Made by a program: the position numbers and the translations under genes. From Armatimonadetes bacterium DC (lineage in GTDB: Bacteria > Armatimonadota > Fimbriimonadia > Fimbriimonadales > GBS-DC), in the NCBI GenBank assembly GCA_001442985.1, contig LDYB01000004.1, forward strand, positions 13,063 to 77,062: DNA of 64,000 bases, written 5' to 3'. Below are positions 48,501 to 60,500 of this stretch, piece by piece. Numbering within the stretch: the first letter of the stretch is position 1; each line of letters opens with the position of its first letter. Below the pieces are notes generated by a model. The model was given only the letters and a program-made list of their open reading frames with translations. It was not told the origin of the DNA and did not search any database.

Positions 48501-51500
48501 TACTCCACTTATCGGGGCAACAGCTATGCGACGCTTTCGGGTACTTCGATGGCGTGTCCGCATGTGTCGGGCGCGGCGGCGCTCGTGTGGTCGCACGCGC
48601 CAAACCTGACGAACCAGCAACTGCGTGCCATTCTGGAGCAGAATGTAGACCCCTATCAGCCCTACAGCGGGCGCACCATTGCTTCGGGCGCAGGACGCCT
48701 GAATGTGTATCGTGCCCTGCAGGCGGCAGGGGGCGGCGGTGGCACGACGCCCTCGCTCAGCAATCTCACGCTGAACCCCAGCACGGTTGTGGGAGGCAAC
48801 AGTAGCACAGGAACCGTGACCCTGACCGCCGCCGCGCCCTCGGGTGGCTTCACGGTGCAGTTGAGCAGCAGCAATCCGTCGGTAGCCAGCGTGCCGGGTT
48901 CCATCACCGTGCCTGCCGGGCAGTCCTCTGCGAGCTTCACCATCGCCACCCAGCAGGTCTCCAGCACGACGCAGGTCACCATCACTGCCAGCGCAGGCAG
49001 CGTCTCCCGACAGGCGACGCTCACGGTCAACCCGCCATCTGGCTCCGTCTCGCTGGAGTCGCTCACAATTAGCCCGACCTCCGTGTGGGGCGGTAGCAGT
49101 GCTACAGGTACTGTAACGCTCAATGCCCCCGCACCTGCGGGCGGTGTGGTGGTGCAACTGCGCAGCAGCAACTCTGGCGCGGCGTCCGTGCCGAGCAGTA
49201 TTACCATCCCCGCGGGGCAACGCAGTGTGAGTTTCACCATCCGCACGACCGCCTGCTGGTACTGCTTCGTTCGCACGGTGACGATTACAGCGACCTATAA
49301 CGGCGTGTCGCGTTCTGCTTCGTTGACCATCTGGTTCTGAGACAAGCCAGCAACCCCCTGAGGCAGTCCAAACCTCAGGGGGTAAACAAAACGATGACCC
49401 GTCGTGTGGCTCTGGAAACAGCGGTGATGACCCACGGCTTGCCCGCCCCCTACAACGAGCAGGCGGGCGTGCAGATGTGCGACGCCGTGCGACAGGCAGG
49501 GGGCGTGCCCGTCGTGATTGGCATCATTGAGGGTGAGCCGATTGTGGGGCTTACAGAGGAGCAAATGCGCCACTTAGCACGCCACCCCGCGCCCCAGAAA
49601 GTGGCGCTCCATAATCTGGCGCTGGTGTGTGCGCAGAGGCAATCGGGGGGCACGACGGTTTCCGCCACACTCTGGCTGGCGCGTCGGGCAGGCATCAGCG
49701 TGATGGCAACTGGGGGGATTGGAGGCGTGCATCGCGGCGACGCCCACGACATCAGTGCCGACTTGCCCGCGCTTGCCCGACTGCCGCTGCTGGTGGTGTG
49801 TAGCGGCGCGAAGGTGATTTTAGACCTGCCCGCCACGCGCGAATGGCTGGAAACATGGGGCATTCCAGTGGTGGGCTATCAGACCGACGAACTGCCGGGC
49901 TTCTACACCGCCCACACAGGTCTGCGCGTGGACGCGGTTGCCAACACTGTGGAGCAAATTGGCGCTTTCTGGCATGCCCATCAGCACATGGGCACAGGCA
50001 CGGCGATGCTGGTCGTTCAGCCTCCGCCTGCAGAGCATGCGATGCCCGCGAAAGAGGTGGAGGCGATGATTGCGCAGGCGTGTGCGGAGGCGGAAGCGCA
50101 GGGCATTCAGGGCGCGGCGACAACCCCGTATCTGCTCCGCAGGCTGGCGGAGCTCAGCGAGGGACGCACGGTGCCCCTCAACCTCGCCCTGCTGAAGGCG
50201 AACGCTCATCTGGCAGGCGCGATTGCCACCGTGCTGGAAGACTAACTCTGATCCCGTAGCGCACGCAAAACCGCCAGCACCTCCTGCGCGTGCCCAGCAG
50301 GTGAAACTTTCGGAAACACATGACGCACCACCCCAGACGGGTCAATTATGAAGGTGATACGCGCCACGCCCCAGTAGGTTTTGCCATACATCGATTTCTG
50401 CTGCCACGCCCCATAGGCTTCGCTTACCTGATGGGACTCATCTGCCAGCAGGGGGAAGGGTAGCCCATATTTCTCAGCGAACTTCTGATGAGAGCGCACG
50501 CTGTCCGCGCTAACGCCCAGCACCACGATGCCCTCGCGCTCAAACTCGGCAAAGTTATCGCGAAAGGCGCACGCCTCCTGCGTACAACCCGGTGTCATAT
50601 CTTTGGGATAAAAATACAGCACCACCCAGCGCCCGCGAAAGTCCGAGAGGCGTACTGGCTTGCCCTGCTGGTCGGGCAGTTCAAAATCAGGCGCAGGCTT
50701 CCCCACGAGGCTTTCCATATCTCCAGTATACCTACTTCTCCAGCACGGCTTCTACCCACAGGCGTTGCTGCTCGTCCACCGAGACGGCAATCTGCCCCAG
50801 ACGCCACAGCTCCAGCACTGCCAGAAACGAGACCAGCACCTCGTAAATATCGGTTGCCTCCTGTTCCAGCAGGGCTTCAAGGCGCACGGGTTGCGCCGAC
50901 TGTTTCAACTGTTCGCGGAGCGCCACCATGCGGGCGTGGATGGAGAAATAGCGCCGTTCGGGGATAGCGGTCGGCGCCGGGGACGCACGCTGAAGCACCC
51001 GACGAAGCGCCAGCCAGAGGGCATCGGGCAACTCGGCGTTCGTAGGCAGGGGCGCTTCAATGGAGTCGGGGTCTACGGAATAGCCGCGGAAGAAGATTTG
51101 CAGTCGCTTTTCCTCACAGGCGCGTAAAAACTCCACGCGTGGCAGGTACTCGTCAGGCAGGCGCATCGGTTCCAGCCACGCCGCTTCGGGTTCCGCTTCC
51201 GGCTCCGGTTCGGGCATCAACAGGCGTTCCGCCTTGCGCTCGGTCAGGTGCGCCAGAATCGCCAGCGAGTCGGAGGCTTCGTCTAAATCGCCCACAGAGC
51301 GCCAGTAGTCATAGCACGCGCGGGCAATCGGCGCTAAATCCACCTCCAGCAGGTCTACCTTATGCTTGCGCAAGAGATGCACCAGCCAGCCCAGCGAGCC
51401 ATAGCCCAGCGGCAACTGAACGGGCACGCGCGGCGGCGCCCACTCCGGACTGCCGATATGGAACCGTCGCATAAGCGCAATTCTACCTGTTTCCAGATTC

Positions 51501-54500
51501 CGGTGAAGTTTGCCGAGAATTTGTGGAACACTCCCTCTGGAGGCAAGCGTATGGAAGCGCGGCGGCGGTACCTGAGCAACGAGAGCTGGGCAATCATTCT
51601 CATCTGTGTTGCCGACCTGTTGATTACGCTGGTGCTGATCGACAAGGGGCTGGCAGAAGAGGGCAACCCCCTGATGCGGTTCTATCTGGGGCACGGGGTC
51701 TGGGCGTTCGTGCTGGCGAAAAGCATTATGGTGGCGGCGCCCGTTGTCATTATCGAGTGGGGACTGCGCCATCGCCCGCGCACCGTCGCAACCCTGGCAC
51801 GAGCGGGTATCGCAGGCTATCTGGGCATTTACGCCCTGATGTTCCTCACAATTAATGTGCCCGCGATGCGCACCGCGCAGGAGCCAGACTGGGCGGAGTT
51901 CCCGCCCATCGACAGGGAGCTGTTGCGGCTGGAACGCGAGGGCTATCTCCCGGGACCTGAGATGCCTGAAGATGTACGGGCACCAAAAGCGCCGCATGCG
52001 CCCAGTCGGTAATCAATCGCTCTCGTTTCGCAGGCGCATCAGGTAAGTTTCCAGTAAAATCGCGGCGGCGACGGCATCCACCACCTGCTTGCGCTTCTCG
52101 CGACGCACCTCCATCGTTAGCAGGCGTCGTTCCGCCTCCTGCGTGCTGAACCGCTCGTCCACAATTTCGATGGGCACACGCAGTCGCGTGCGGAGGGCAT
52201 CAATGAACCGTTCCACCTGTTCTGCACGCTCGCTTTTTGCGCCCCACAGGTGGATTGGCATCCCCACCACCACGCGCTCCGCGCCCGATTCGCGAAGCCA
52301 CGCCACAACCCTTTCAATATCGTTCGGCAACACTGTTGCGGGCAACGCCACGCCCACCTCGGTCTGGGCGACCGCCACGCCAATCCGCTTCTCGCCGTAG
52401 TCCAGCGCCACGACCTTCATGCGTTTTCCCAGTTCAGCACCACCTTACCCGCCGTGCCGGAGGCGGTCAGCTCGAACGCCTGCTCGTACTCGTGCCATGC
52501 CAGCTCGTGCGTGATGGCGGGGCGCACATCCAGCCGTCCCGACACCAGCAGGCTCTGCATCGTCTCCCATGTTTGATAGAGTCGCCTGCCCAGAATGGCG
52601 TGAATCTCCACCGCTTTGAAAATCAGTGCGTTCAGGTCTACGGGCACAGGCTCGGCGAATAGCCCCAGCAGGCTAATGCGCCCGCCCGGACGAATCGCTT
52701 CGGTCAGCAGGGCGATTGCCGACGGGTGTCCCGACATCTCCAGCCCGACATCCACGCCTGCGCCGTCGGTGGCTTTGCGGATGGCAGTTAGCACATCGTC
52801 GTGCGTGGGGTCAAACACGGCGTCGGCGCCCATGCGCATCGCCAGCTCGCGCCGATAGGGGCGCACTTCGGTGGCGAAAACCTGGCGCGCCCCACACGCC
52901 CGCGCCACCGCGATACTGAACAGCCCAATCGCCCCACAGCCCGTAATCAGCACCGACCTGCCTGCAATCTCGCCCGAAAGCACGGTATGCACCGCGTTCC
53001 CCAGCGGGTCCTGCACCGTCGCCACTTCGGGGGGGATTCGGGGGTCGGTCTTCTGGGCGTTCGCAGCAGGGATGGCAATCAGCGGCGCGAAGCACCCATC
53101 GGTATCCACACCCAGAATCCGTGTGTTCAGGCAGACATGCGCCTGTCCCTCGCGACACGGTTTACAGCGCCCACATACGATGTGGCTCTCGCCTGCCACA
53201 AAATCGCCCACCTGCAAGCCTTCCACACCGTCGCCGACCGCCACCACATGCCCGCAAAACTCATGCCCGATAATCAGCGGCGGCTTCAAGCGCGACTGCG
53301 CCCATGAATCCCAGCGATAGATGTGCAGGTCGGTCCCACACAGGGAGGTTCGGCTCACTTTAATCAGCACCTCGCCGTAGCGAGGGGTTGGCTCTGGCAC
53401 CTCACACAGTTCCAGCCCGACGGCGGGCTGCGTTTTGCAGATGGCTTTCATCCCTGCCTAAGTATACCCCCTGTCAGCGGGTACAATTTCAAACACCTTA
53501 TGGACTACGATGTGATTGTTGTGGGGACGGGACACGCCGGATGTGAGGCAGCCTTAGCCGCCGCGCGCATGGGCTGTCGCACGCTTGCCGTCACGCTGAA
53601 TCTCGCGCGAACCGCCCATATGCCCTGCAACTGCAGTATCGGCGGACCCGCGAAAGGGCATCTCGTGCGCGAAATTGACGCGCTCGGCGGGCAAATGGGC
53701 ATCAACACCGACCTCACACTCACCCACATTCGCTTTGTGGGCACAGGCAAGGGACCTGCCGTGCGCACCCTCCGCGCCCATGCCGATAAAGACCTCTATC
53801 CCGCCCAGATGCTCGCCACTTTGCAGGCGCAACCGAACCTCACTCTGCTGGAGGGAAGTGTTGAGTCGCTGCTGGTGCGCGACGAGACTTGCTACGGCGT
53901 GCGCCTTGCCGATGGCACCGAGATTACGGCTCGCGCTGTGGTGCTGACCACGGGCACCTTCCTGAACGGACTGTGCCATATCGGCGAGCGCAAAATTCAA
54001 TCTGCCCGCTTCGGCGACCCGCCCGCCACAGGCTTGACCGAATGTTTGCGTCAGCTGGGGTTCCGTATCGGGCGGTTCAAGACGGGCACCACACCCCGCA
54101 TCGACAAAAAGAGCGTGGATTTCAGCCAGTGGCAGGAGGTGCCTTCCGAGCCGTGCCCGCCCTTCTCGTATATGCATGACAGCCTCAATCCGCCGCGCCC
54201 CCTGCTGCCCTGCTGGCAGACCTACACCAACGAGCGCACGCACGCCATCATCCGGGAGAACCTGCACCGCTCCGCGATGTATGGGGGGCATATCGTGGGC
54301 GTGGGACCCCGATTCTGCCCCAGTATAGAAGATAAAATCGTGCGCTTCCCCGACAAGGACCGCCACCCCGTCTATCTGGAGCAGGAATACTGGGATAAGG
54401 ACGACCTCTATGTGCAGGGCATGTCCACCAGCCTGCCCGAAGAGGTGCAGCTGGCATTCCTGCGCACGCTACCGGGGCTGGAAGAGGTGGTGATGATTCG

Positions 54501-57500
54501 CCCCGGCTACGCGGTGGAATATGATATGGTCTTCCCCGACCAGCTATACCCGACTCTGATGACCAAGCAGGTGCGCGGGCTGTTTCTGGCAGGGCAGGTG
54601 AACGGCACTTCGGGCTATGAAGAGGCGGCGGCGCAGGGGCTGGTGGCGGGCATTAATGCCGCGCTCTATGTGCAGAACCGCGAGCCGATGGTGCTGGATC
54701 GCGCGAGCAGCTATATCGGCGTGCTGATTGACGATCTGGTCACCAAAGGCGTGGAAGACCCCTATCGGATGCTCACAGGGCGCGCCGAGCATCGCCTGCA
54801 CCTGCGCCATGATAATGCCGACGAGCGTCTCACCCCGATTGGGCGACAGGTGGGGCTGGTGGACGACGCCCGCTGGAAGCGCTACTGCGAACGACAGGAG
54901 CGCATTCAGGCGGAGCTGGAACGCCTTGAGCAACTGGAAATCAGCGGACGCCACAACCCGCAACTGCTTGCGCTGGGTGGCACACCCGTGAACGCCCGAA
55001 TCAGCGCCCGCGAGTACCTCCGTCGCCCCGAAGCCACTTACGCAATGATTAATGCGCTCTTCCCTACAGAGAACCCGCTCCCGGCGGAGCTGGCGGAGCA
55101 GGTAGAGATTATCGCCAAGTATGAAGTCTATCTGCGCAAACAGCAGCAACAGATTCAGCAGATGCGCCGCATGGAACACTGGGTCATCCCAGACGATCTG
55201 GATTACGAGCAGTTGCCCGCGATTTCCCGTGAATCGCGTGAGAAGCTCTCGCGTGTGCGCCCGCGCACATTGGGTCAGGCGTCGCGTATCCCCGGCGTGC
55301 GCCCCGCCGACATTGCCTGCCTGATGATTTACCTCAAGTCGCGGAGTGGGAAGTAGTTCAACTGGAACGAACCCAGCCCTGCGCGCGGCGCAGGCGTTTC
55401 AAGACGCGCTCCTTGCCCAGTACCGCCATCATCTCAAACAGGCTCGGTCCTGTCGTGCGCCCGCTGAGCGCCACCCGAACGGGGTGAATCACCTCGCCGC
55501 CCTTGACGCCCAGCCACGCAATCACCTCGCGCGTAACGCGCTCCACCGACTCGGCGTCAAACGATTCCAGTGCCTCGTAGCGGCGAATCAGTTCCTCCAG
55601 CATCTGGGGGATGTGGGGCTGGGTGTACCACTTGCGCACCGCCGCCTCGTCAATTGGATAATCGTCGCGGAAGAAGAAATCGGTCAGCGACACCACATCT
55701 TTGAGGACCTTCATCTTCTCCTGCTCCAGAGGAATTACCCGCTCGGCGTAGGCGCGAGTCGGCTCATCCAGCTCCTTCGGGAGCAAGCCCGCCTCCTGCA
55801 GATAGGGCAGGCAGTATTCCACCAGCTGCTCTTTAGAAAGCCGTCGGATATAAACCCCATTCATCCAGAGCAACTTATCGTGGTGGAACACGAAGGGGTT
55901 ATCCGACACGCGCTCCAGCGAGAAGAGTTCAATAATCTCCTCACGGCTCAGGATTTCGCGGTCGTCGCCGGGGTTCCAGCCACAGAGCGCGAGGAAATTG
56001 AACATCGCGTCGGGCAGGTAGCCCTCCTTGATGAACTCCACGAACTGCACATGCCCGTGCCGCTTGGAGAGTTTCTGGCGGTCGGGTCCGAGCAGCAGGG
56101 GCAGGTGAGCGAACTTTGGCGGTTCCCACCCCAGCGCCTTGTAAAGGTTCAGATGGCGCGGCATGCTGGAAATCCACTCGTCGCCCCGAATCACATGGGT
56201 AATCTCCATCAGGTGGTCGTCCACAATATTCGCCAGATGATAAGTCGGGTAGCCGTCCGACTTGAGCATCACGAAATCGTCCGTGAGCGCATTGCGGAAC
56301 TCGGTGTAGCCGTGAATCAGGTCTTCGTAGCCGATAGTTCCCTCCAGCGGCATCGCGAACCGGATGACATAGGGCAACCCCGCGGCTTCGCGGGCGCGCA
56401 CTTCCTCAGGGGTCAGTCGGCGGCATCGGCGGTCATACATGGTCGTCGCGGCGCCCATCGCTTTCTGAGCCTCGCGCATGCGCTCCAGGTCTTCGGGCGT
56501 GCAGAAGCACTTATAGGCTTTGCCCTCTTCCACCAGACGGTGCGCTATCTCCTGATAGATTGCGAGCCGCTGGGATTGATGGTACGGTCCATAGGGTCCG
56601 CCGACATCGGGACCCTCGTCCCACTCGATGCCCAGCCAGCGGAGCGACCACTTGATGTCGTCTTCCGAGCCGGGCACATAGCGGTTGCGGTCGGTGTCTT
56701 CGATCCGCAGGATGAATTTGCCCCCGTGATGACGGGCAAACACATAGTTGAAAAGAGCCGTGCGGATATTCCCCACATGGGGGGAACCCGTCGGACTGGG
56801 CGCGTAGCGTACTCGTACCATGTTCGAGATTGTACCCGACGGGGGAAGCAGACTTGCGGACGCTTAGGTTTGGCTCGCGCCCCGAAGACGGTATAATCCT
56901 TCTGATGTCCACGCGTACCGAAATTGAGCTACCTTTGGAGCAGTGGCAACAGCTACAGCAGCTGGCGAAGCGACGCGAGCGAAGCGTAGAGCAGTTGATT
57001 GCGGAAGCCGTCGCTTATTGGCTGCAACAACAGGCGATAGAGGCGTGGGAAGCGCGCAAGCAGCGAGCGCTCTCAGTGGTGGGGCGCTTCCCCGCGGAAC
57101 CTGACCTGGCGCAGAAACACGACGAGTATCTGGAGGTTGAATGAGCGTCTATCTGGATACCTCAGCGGTGTTGGCAGTGCTCAATCCCAACGATAAGTTC
57201 CATCTATCGGCACGGGAGCAGTGGCAAACCCTGCTGGAGAGCGCTACGCTCCTTGTGTGCTCCAACTATGTGCTACTGGAAACCTTGGCGCTGGTACAGC
57301 GCCGAATGGGATTAGATGCAGTACGCACCGTAATCGCTGATGTTGTACCAATACTACAAGTCGAGTGGGTTTCCCCAACAGAACACTGGGCGGCTGTGCA
57401 ACTGTGGCTCAGTCTAAATCGTCGTCAGGTAAGTTTAGTGGACTGCGTTAGCTTTGTACAGATGCGTCGGCTTGGCATCCAAGAAGTCTTCACCTTCGAT

Positions 57501-60500
57501 CCGCATTTCGCGGAACAAGGTTTTACCTGCCTACCGTAAAAAAAACCGTTCTATCCGTTGCGCGCAACACATTCCGAACCACTATCCCCATCGGGTATAG
57601 TTCATGCCCGCAACCACTTCAACCTATAACGAGGGAGCCAAACGCATGGAAGCCATTATCGCCCTGATTACGCTCAGTGCGCTGGAGATTGTGCTGGGGA
57701 TTGACAACATCATCTTCATCTCCATCCTGTCGGACAAGTTGCCCGAACATCAGCGGGCGCGGGCACGCTTCATTGGATTGGGTCTGGCGTTGATCATGCG
57801 CATTCTGCTTCTGCTCTCCATCACATGGGTGCTGGGACTGCAGAAGCCACTGTTTGAGCTATTCGGCAACGAGTTTTCGGGCAGAGACCTGATTCTGATT
57901 CTGGGCGGGCTGTTTCTGATGGGCAAGGCGACCTACGAGATTCATCACAAGGTGGAGATGGCAGACCAGCCCCATCCCATCCCGAAACGAATCAGCTTTG
58001 GGTGGGCAGTCGTGCAGATTGTGCTGATTGATCTTGTGTTTTCGGTGGACTCGGTGCTGACGGCGATTGGCATGGTGCGCGAGCTGTGGGTGATGGTTAC
58101 GGCAGTGATTGTTTCCATTGGGTTCATGCTGGCGTTCGCGGGTTCAGTAAGCAAACTCATCGACGCGCATCCCTCGCTGAAAGTGCTGGCGCTGGCGTTT
58201 CTGGTGCTGATTGGGTTCAACCTGCTGGGCGAGGGCTTCGGCTACCATATTCCCAAGGGCTACACTTATTTCGCGATGGCGTTCTCGGTGGCGGTGGAGG
58301 TCATCAACATTCGGATTGGGGCACGCAAAAAGGCGTAGGGCGTCTAAAAAGGTACAATCATATGGCGAGGGGCTGGGGAGATGATACCGATGCAGGAGCC
58401 GACGATACAGACGCCCGAAGCAGAGCGCATGCCGAAAGAACGCATCGAAGCGCTGATGCGCGAGGCGGTGCATCTGTACGAGCAGAACCGCCTTGACGAG
58501 GCGCTGCTGGCGTGCGAGGGGATTCTGGCGTTAGACCCGCGCCATGTGCATGCGCTCTCGTTGAAAGGGCTGATTCACGAGCGCAGGGGACAGATTGCGG
58601 ATGCGATTCATGCATATGAGCGCGTGCTGGAGATAGACCCCCTGAGTGTCTCCGAGCGCGCGCGGCTGGAAGCGTTGCGTGCGGGTGGGCAGCGCAAGCG
58701 CGTTGCGGCTCGTCCGCTCTGGCTGGAAGCGATGCCCGCCGTACTGGCGTTTCTGGGCGCAGGGCTGGTGCTGATGCTTGGCTTTGTGTGGCTCATTCGC
58801 GCGACGACTCCGCCCCCGGCACCCCAGCCTGCGAGTTCCCCTGCCACGACCTTCGCGCCCGCGCCTGCCTCGTCCGCCCCGGTGCAGAACCCCAGTCCGA
58901 TACCGCCGCCCACAGTCTCGCGTCCCGAGCCAGCGGAAGGCGCGGTGCCCCCAGTGATAGTAGACCCCAGCAAGGTGGCGCTGACGCCGAGCAATCCGCC
59001 CGCGCCCCCTCTCACAGGCGCCCTGCCGAACCTGCCCGCGCCCCAGAACAAAGCCGAAAAAGAGTCGCAGCCCGAATCTTCCAGAACCTCCGAATCGCCG
59101 AAACCCCAGAGCGAAGTGATGCCCGATGTGAAGGTGGAGGAGCGCGACCCCGGCGTGTACGAGATTCAGGTTCACCGTGTGGGTTCGGGCGAGGCTAATT
59201 CTTCGCGCGAAGACCCCCTTGCTGCCGCACGCCGTTACCAGATGGCGGGCAACTATCGCGAAGCCATCGCGGCGTACCAGCGCGCCCTGCCGAACGCGCC
59301 CTCGCCCGGCTATGTGCATCAGCAGATTGCGACCTGCTACCTGCGCCTGAACGAGAAAGCGAACGCCCGCACCCACTTCCAGCAAGCCATTCGCGAGTAT
59401 GAGCGCCAGATCAGCGCAGGGCGCGATGTGGAAAGCGCACGGCAGGGCATCGCCGCCTGCCAGGACGGGCTGAAACTATGCGAGGAGTAAGTGCGCTTCT
59501 GCTGGGCTTTCTCCTTTGCTGGCAGAGCCTGAGCGCCCAGCAGGCGCCCCTGATGCTGGTCTATCAGGAGCGTGTGCCCGCCTCTAACCCGGAGGAAGAC
59601 CCCAACCTGCCCATTCAGGCGCCGCTCACCGCGTTTTTGAACGAGATTCGCAAGGTGCGTGTGGAGTGGTATCAGCCCACTCATCCCGCGGTGCAGCAGG
59701 TCTTGCAGGCGCGCGGACTTGCCCCCAGCCGCGCCGAACAGCCTGATACCAGCCTGCTGATGCAGGTCGCGCGAGCGATGGGAGCGACTTACATGCTCAC
59801 CGTGCGTTGCACGAACGGCAAGAAAGGGCAGATTCAGTACGCCTGCACGCTGTGGCAGCTCGGGCGGCGCGCCCCGCTCTGGCAAAGTGAAGGCATCCAG
59901 CAGTTCACTGACGAAACCTATCAGAACGCGCTGATGAGTCTTTTGCGCACGCTGGCGATGCGCATGAATCAGGAAGCGTTTGCCGATTTGCCCACGCTTC
60001 CTGAAAAGCCCCAGCCGCCGCCCACCCCCCAAAGTCAGCCGCCGTCCCTTCCTGCCGACACCCCCCAGAAGCGACTGGAGCAACTGATTCGGGAGGGGCG
60101 CCTGCGCGAAGCGATTGCCCCCCTGCGCACGCTTATCAATCAGGAACCCACCAACCTCGCCTATCGCCTGCAACTGATCCAGATTTACCGCCAGCTCGGC
60201 CTGGAGGGTCTGGCAGCACAGGCTGTTGACGACGCACTTGCGCTTTTCCCGGACGACGAAACGCTCCTGAATCTCTGGGCGCGCTCGCTGCAGGAGAGTC
60301 ATGACCCCCCGCAGGTGATAGAGGCGCTCCAGCACAAACTGCGCGAGAACCCCGCCTCCAGCACCCTGCGCCTGCACCTTTTCGATGCGCTGTTAGCCGC
60401 AGGACGCACCGACGAGGCAGAAACGGTGCTGACCCCTTTCCAGAACACGGACCTGCCCGAAGTGCGCTGGCGCGAGTACCTGCTCCAGGGCGCAAAACGA

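Noticed and set aside
48616-48630. sigma54-like string on the minus strand (TGGCACGcagTTGCT) inside the S8 protease gene.
   Set aside because: The spacer is 3 nt, not 4 (GG-N9-GC), which is incompatible with sigma54 recognition. It is also intragenic and antisense.
55346-56896. 516-aa plus-strand ORF, plus similar long ORFs at 44032..45447 (+), 62476..63843 (+), 24638..26098 (-), 21484..22641 (-), 33805..34848 (-), 59337..60377 (-), 61539..62579 (-) and 14012..14929 (+).
   Set aside because: Each lies antisense to a gene with unmistakable conserved motifs (gltX, YeeE pair, MFS, lepA, ubiD, glgA, etc.). Each has R/A/G/H/P-rich, low-complexity composition and no SD or -10 signal. Long stop-free antisense frames are expected in GC-rich DNA.
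57540-57645. Looked for a yybP-ykoY (Mn) riboswitch upstream of the TerC-family gene.
   Set aside because: None of the conserved yybP-ykoY segments I remember is present, and the leader from the GGTATAGT box is only about 40 nt.
58353-58364. GGTACAAT box followed 3 nt later by ATG 58362 (frame of ORF 58086..58496).
   Set aside because: A 3-nt gap is too short for that ATG to lie at or after the TSS. The frame encodes an R/D/A-rich implausible peptide. The box more likely drives the TPR gene starting at 58381 or 58390 with a short leader.
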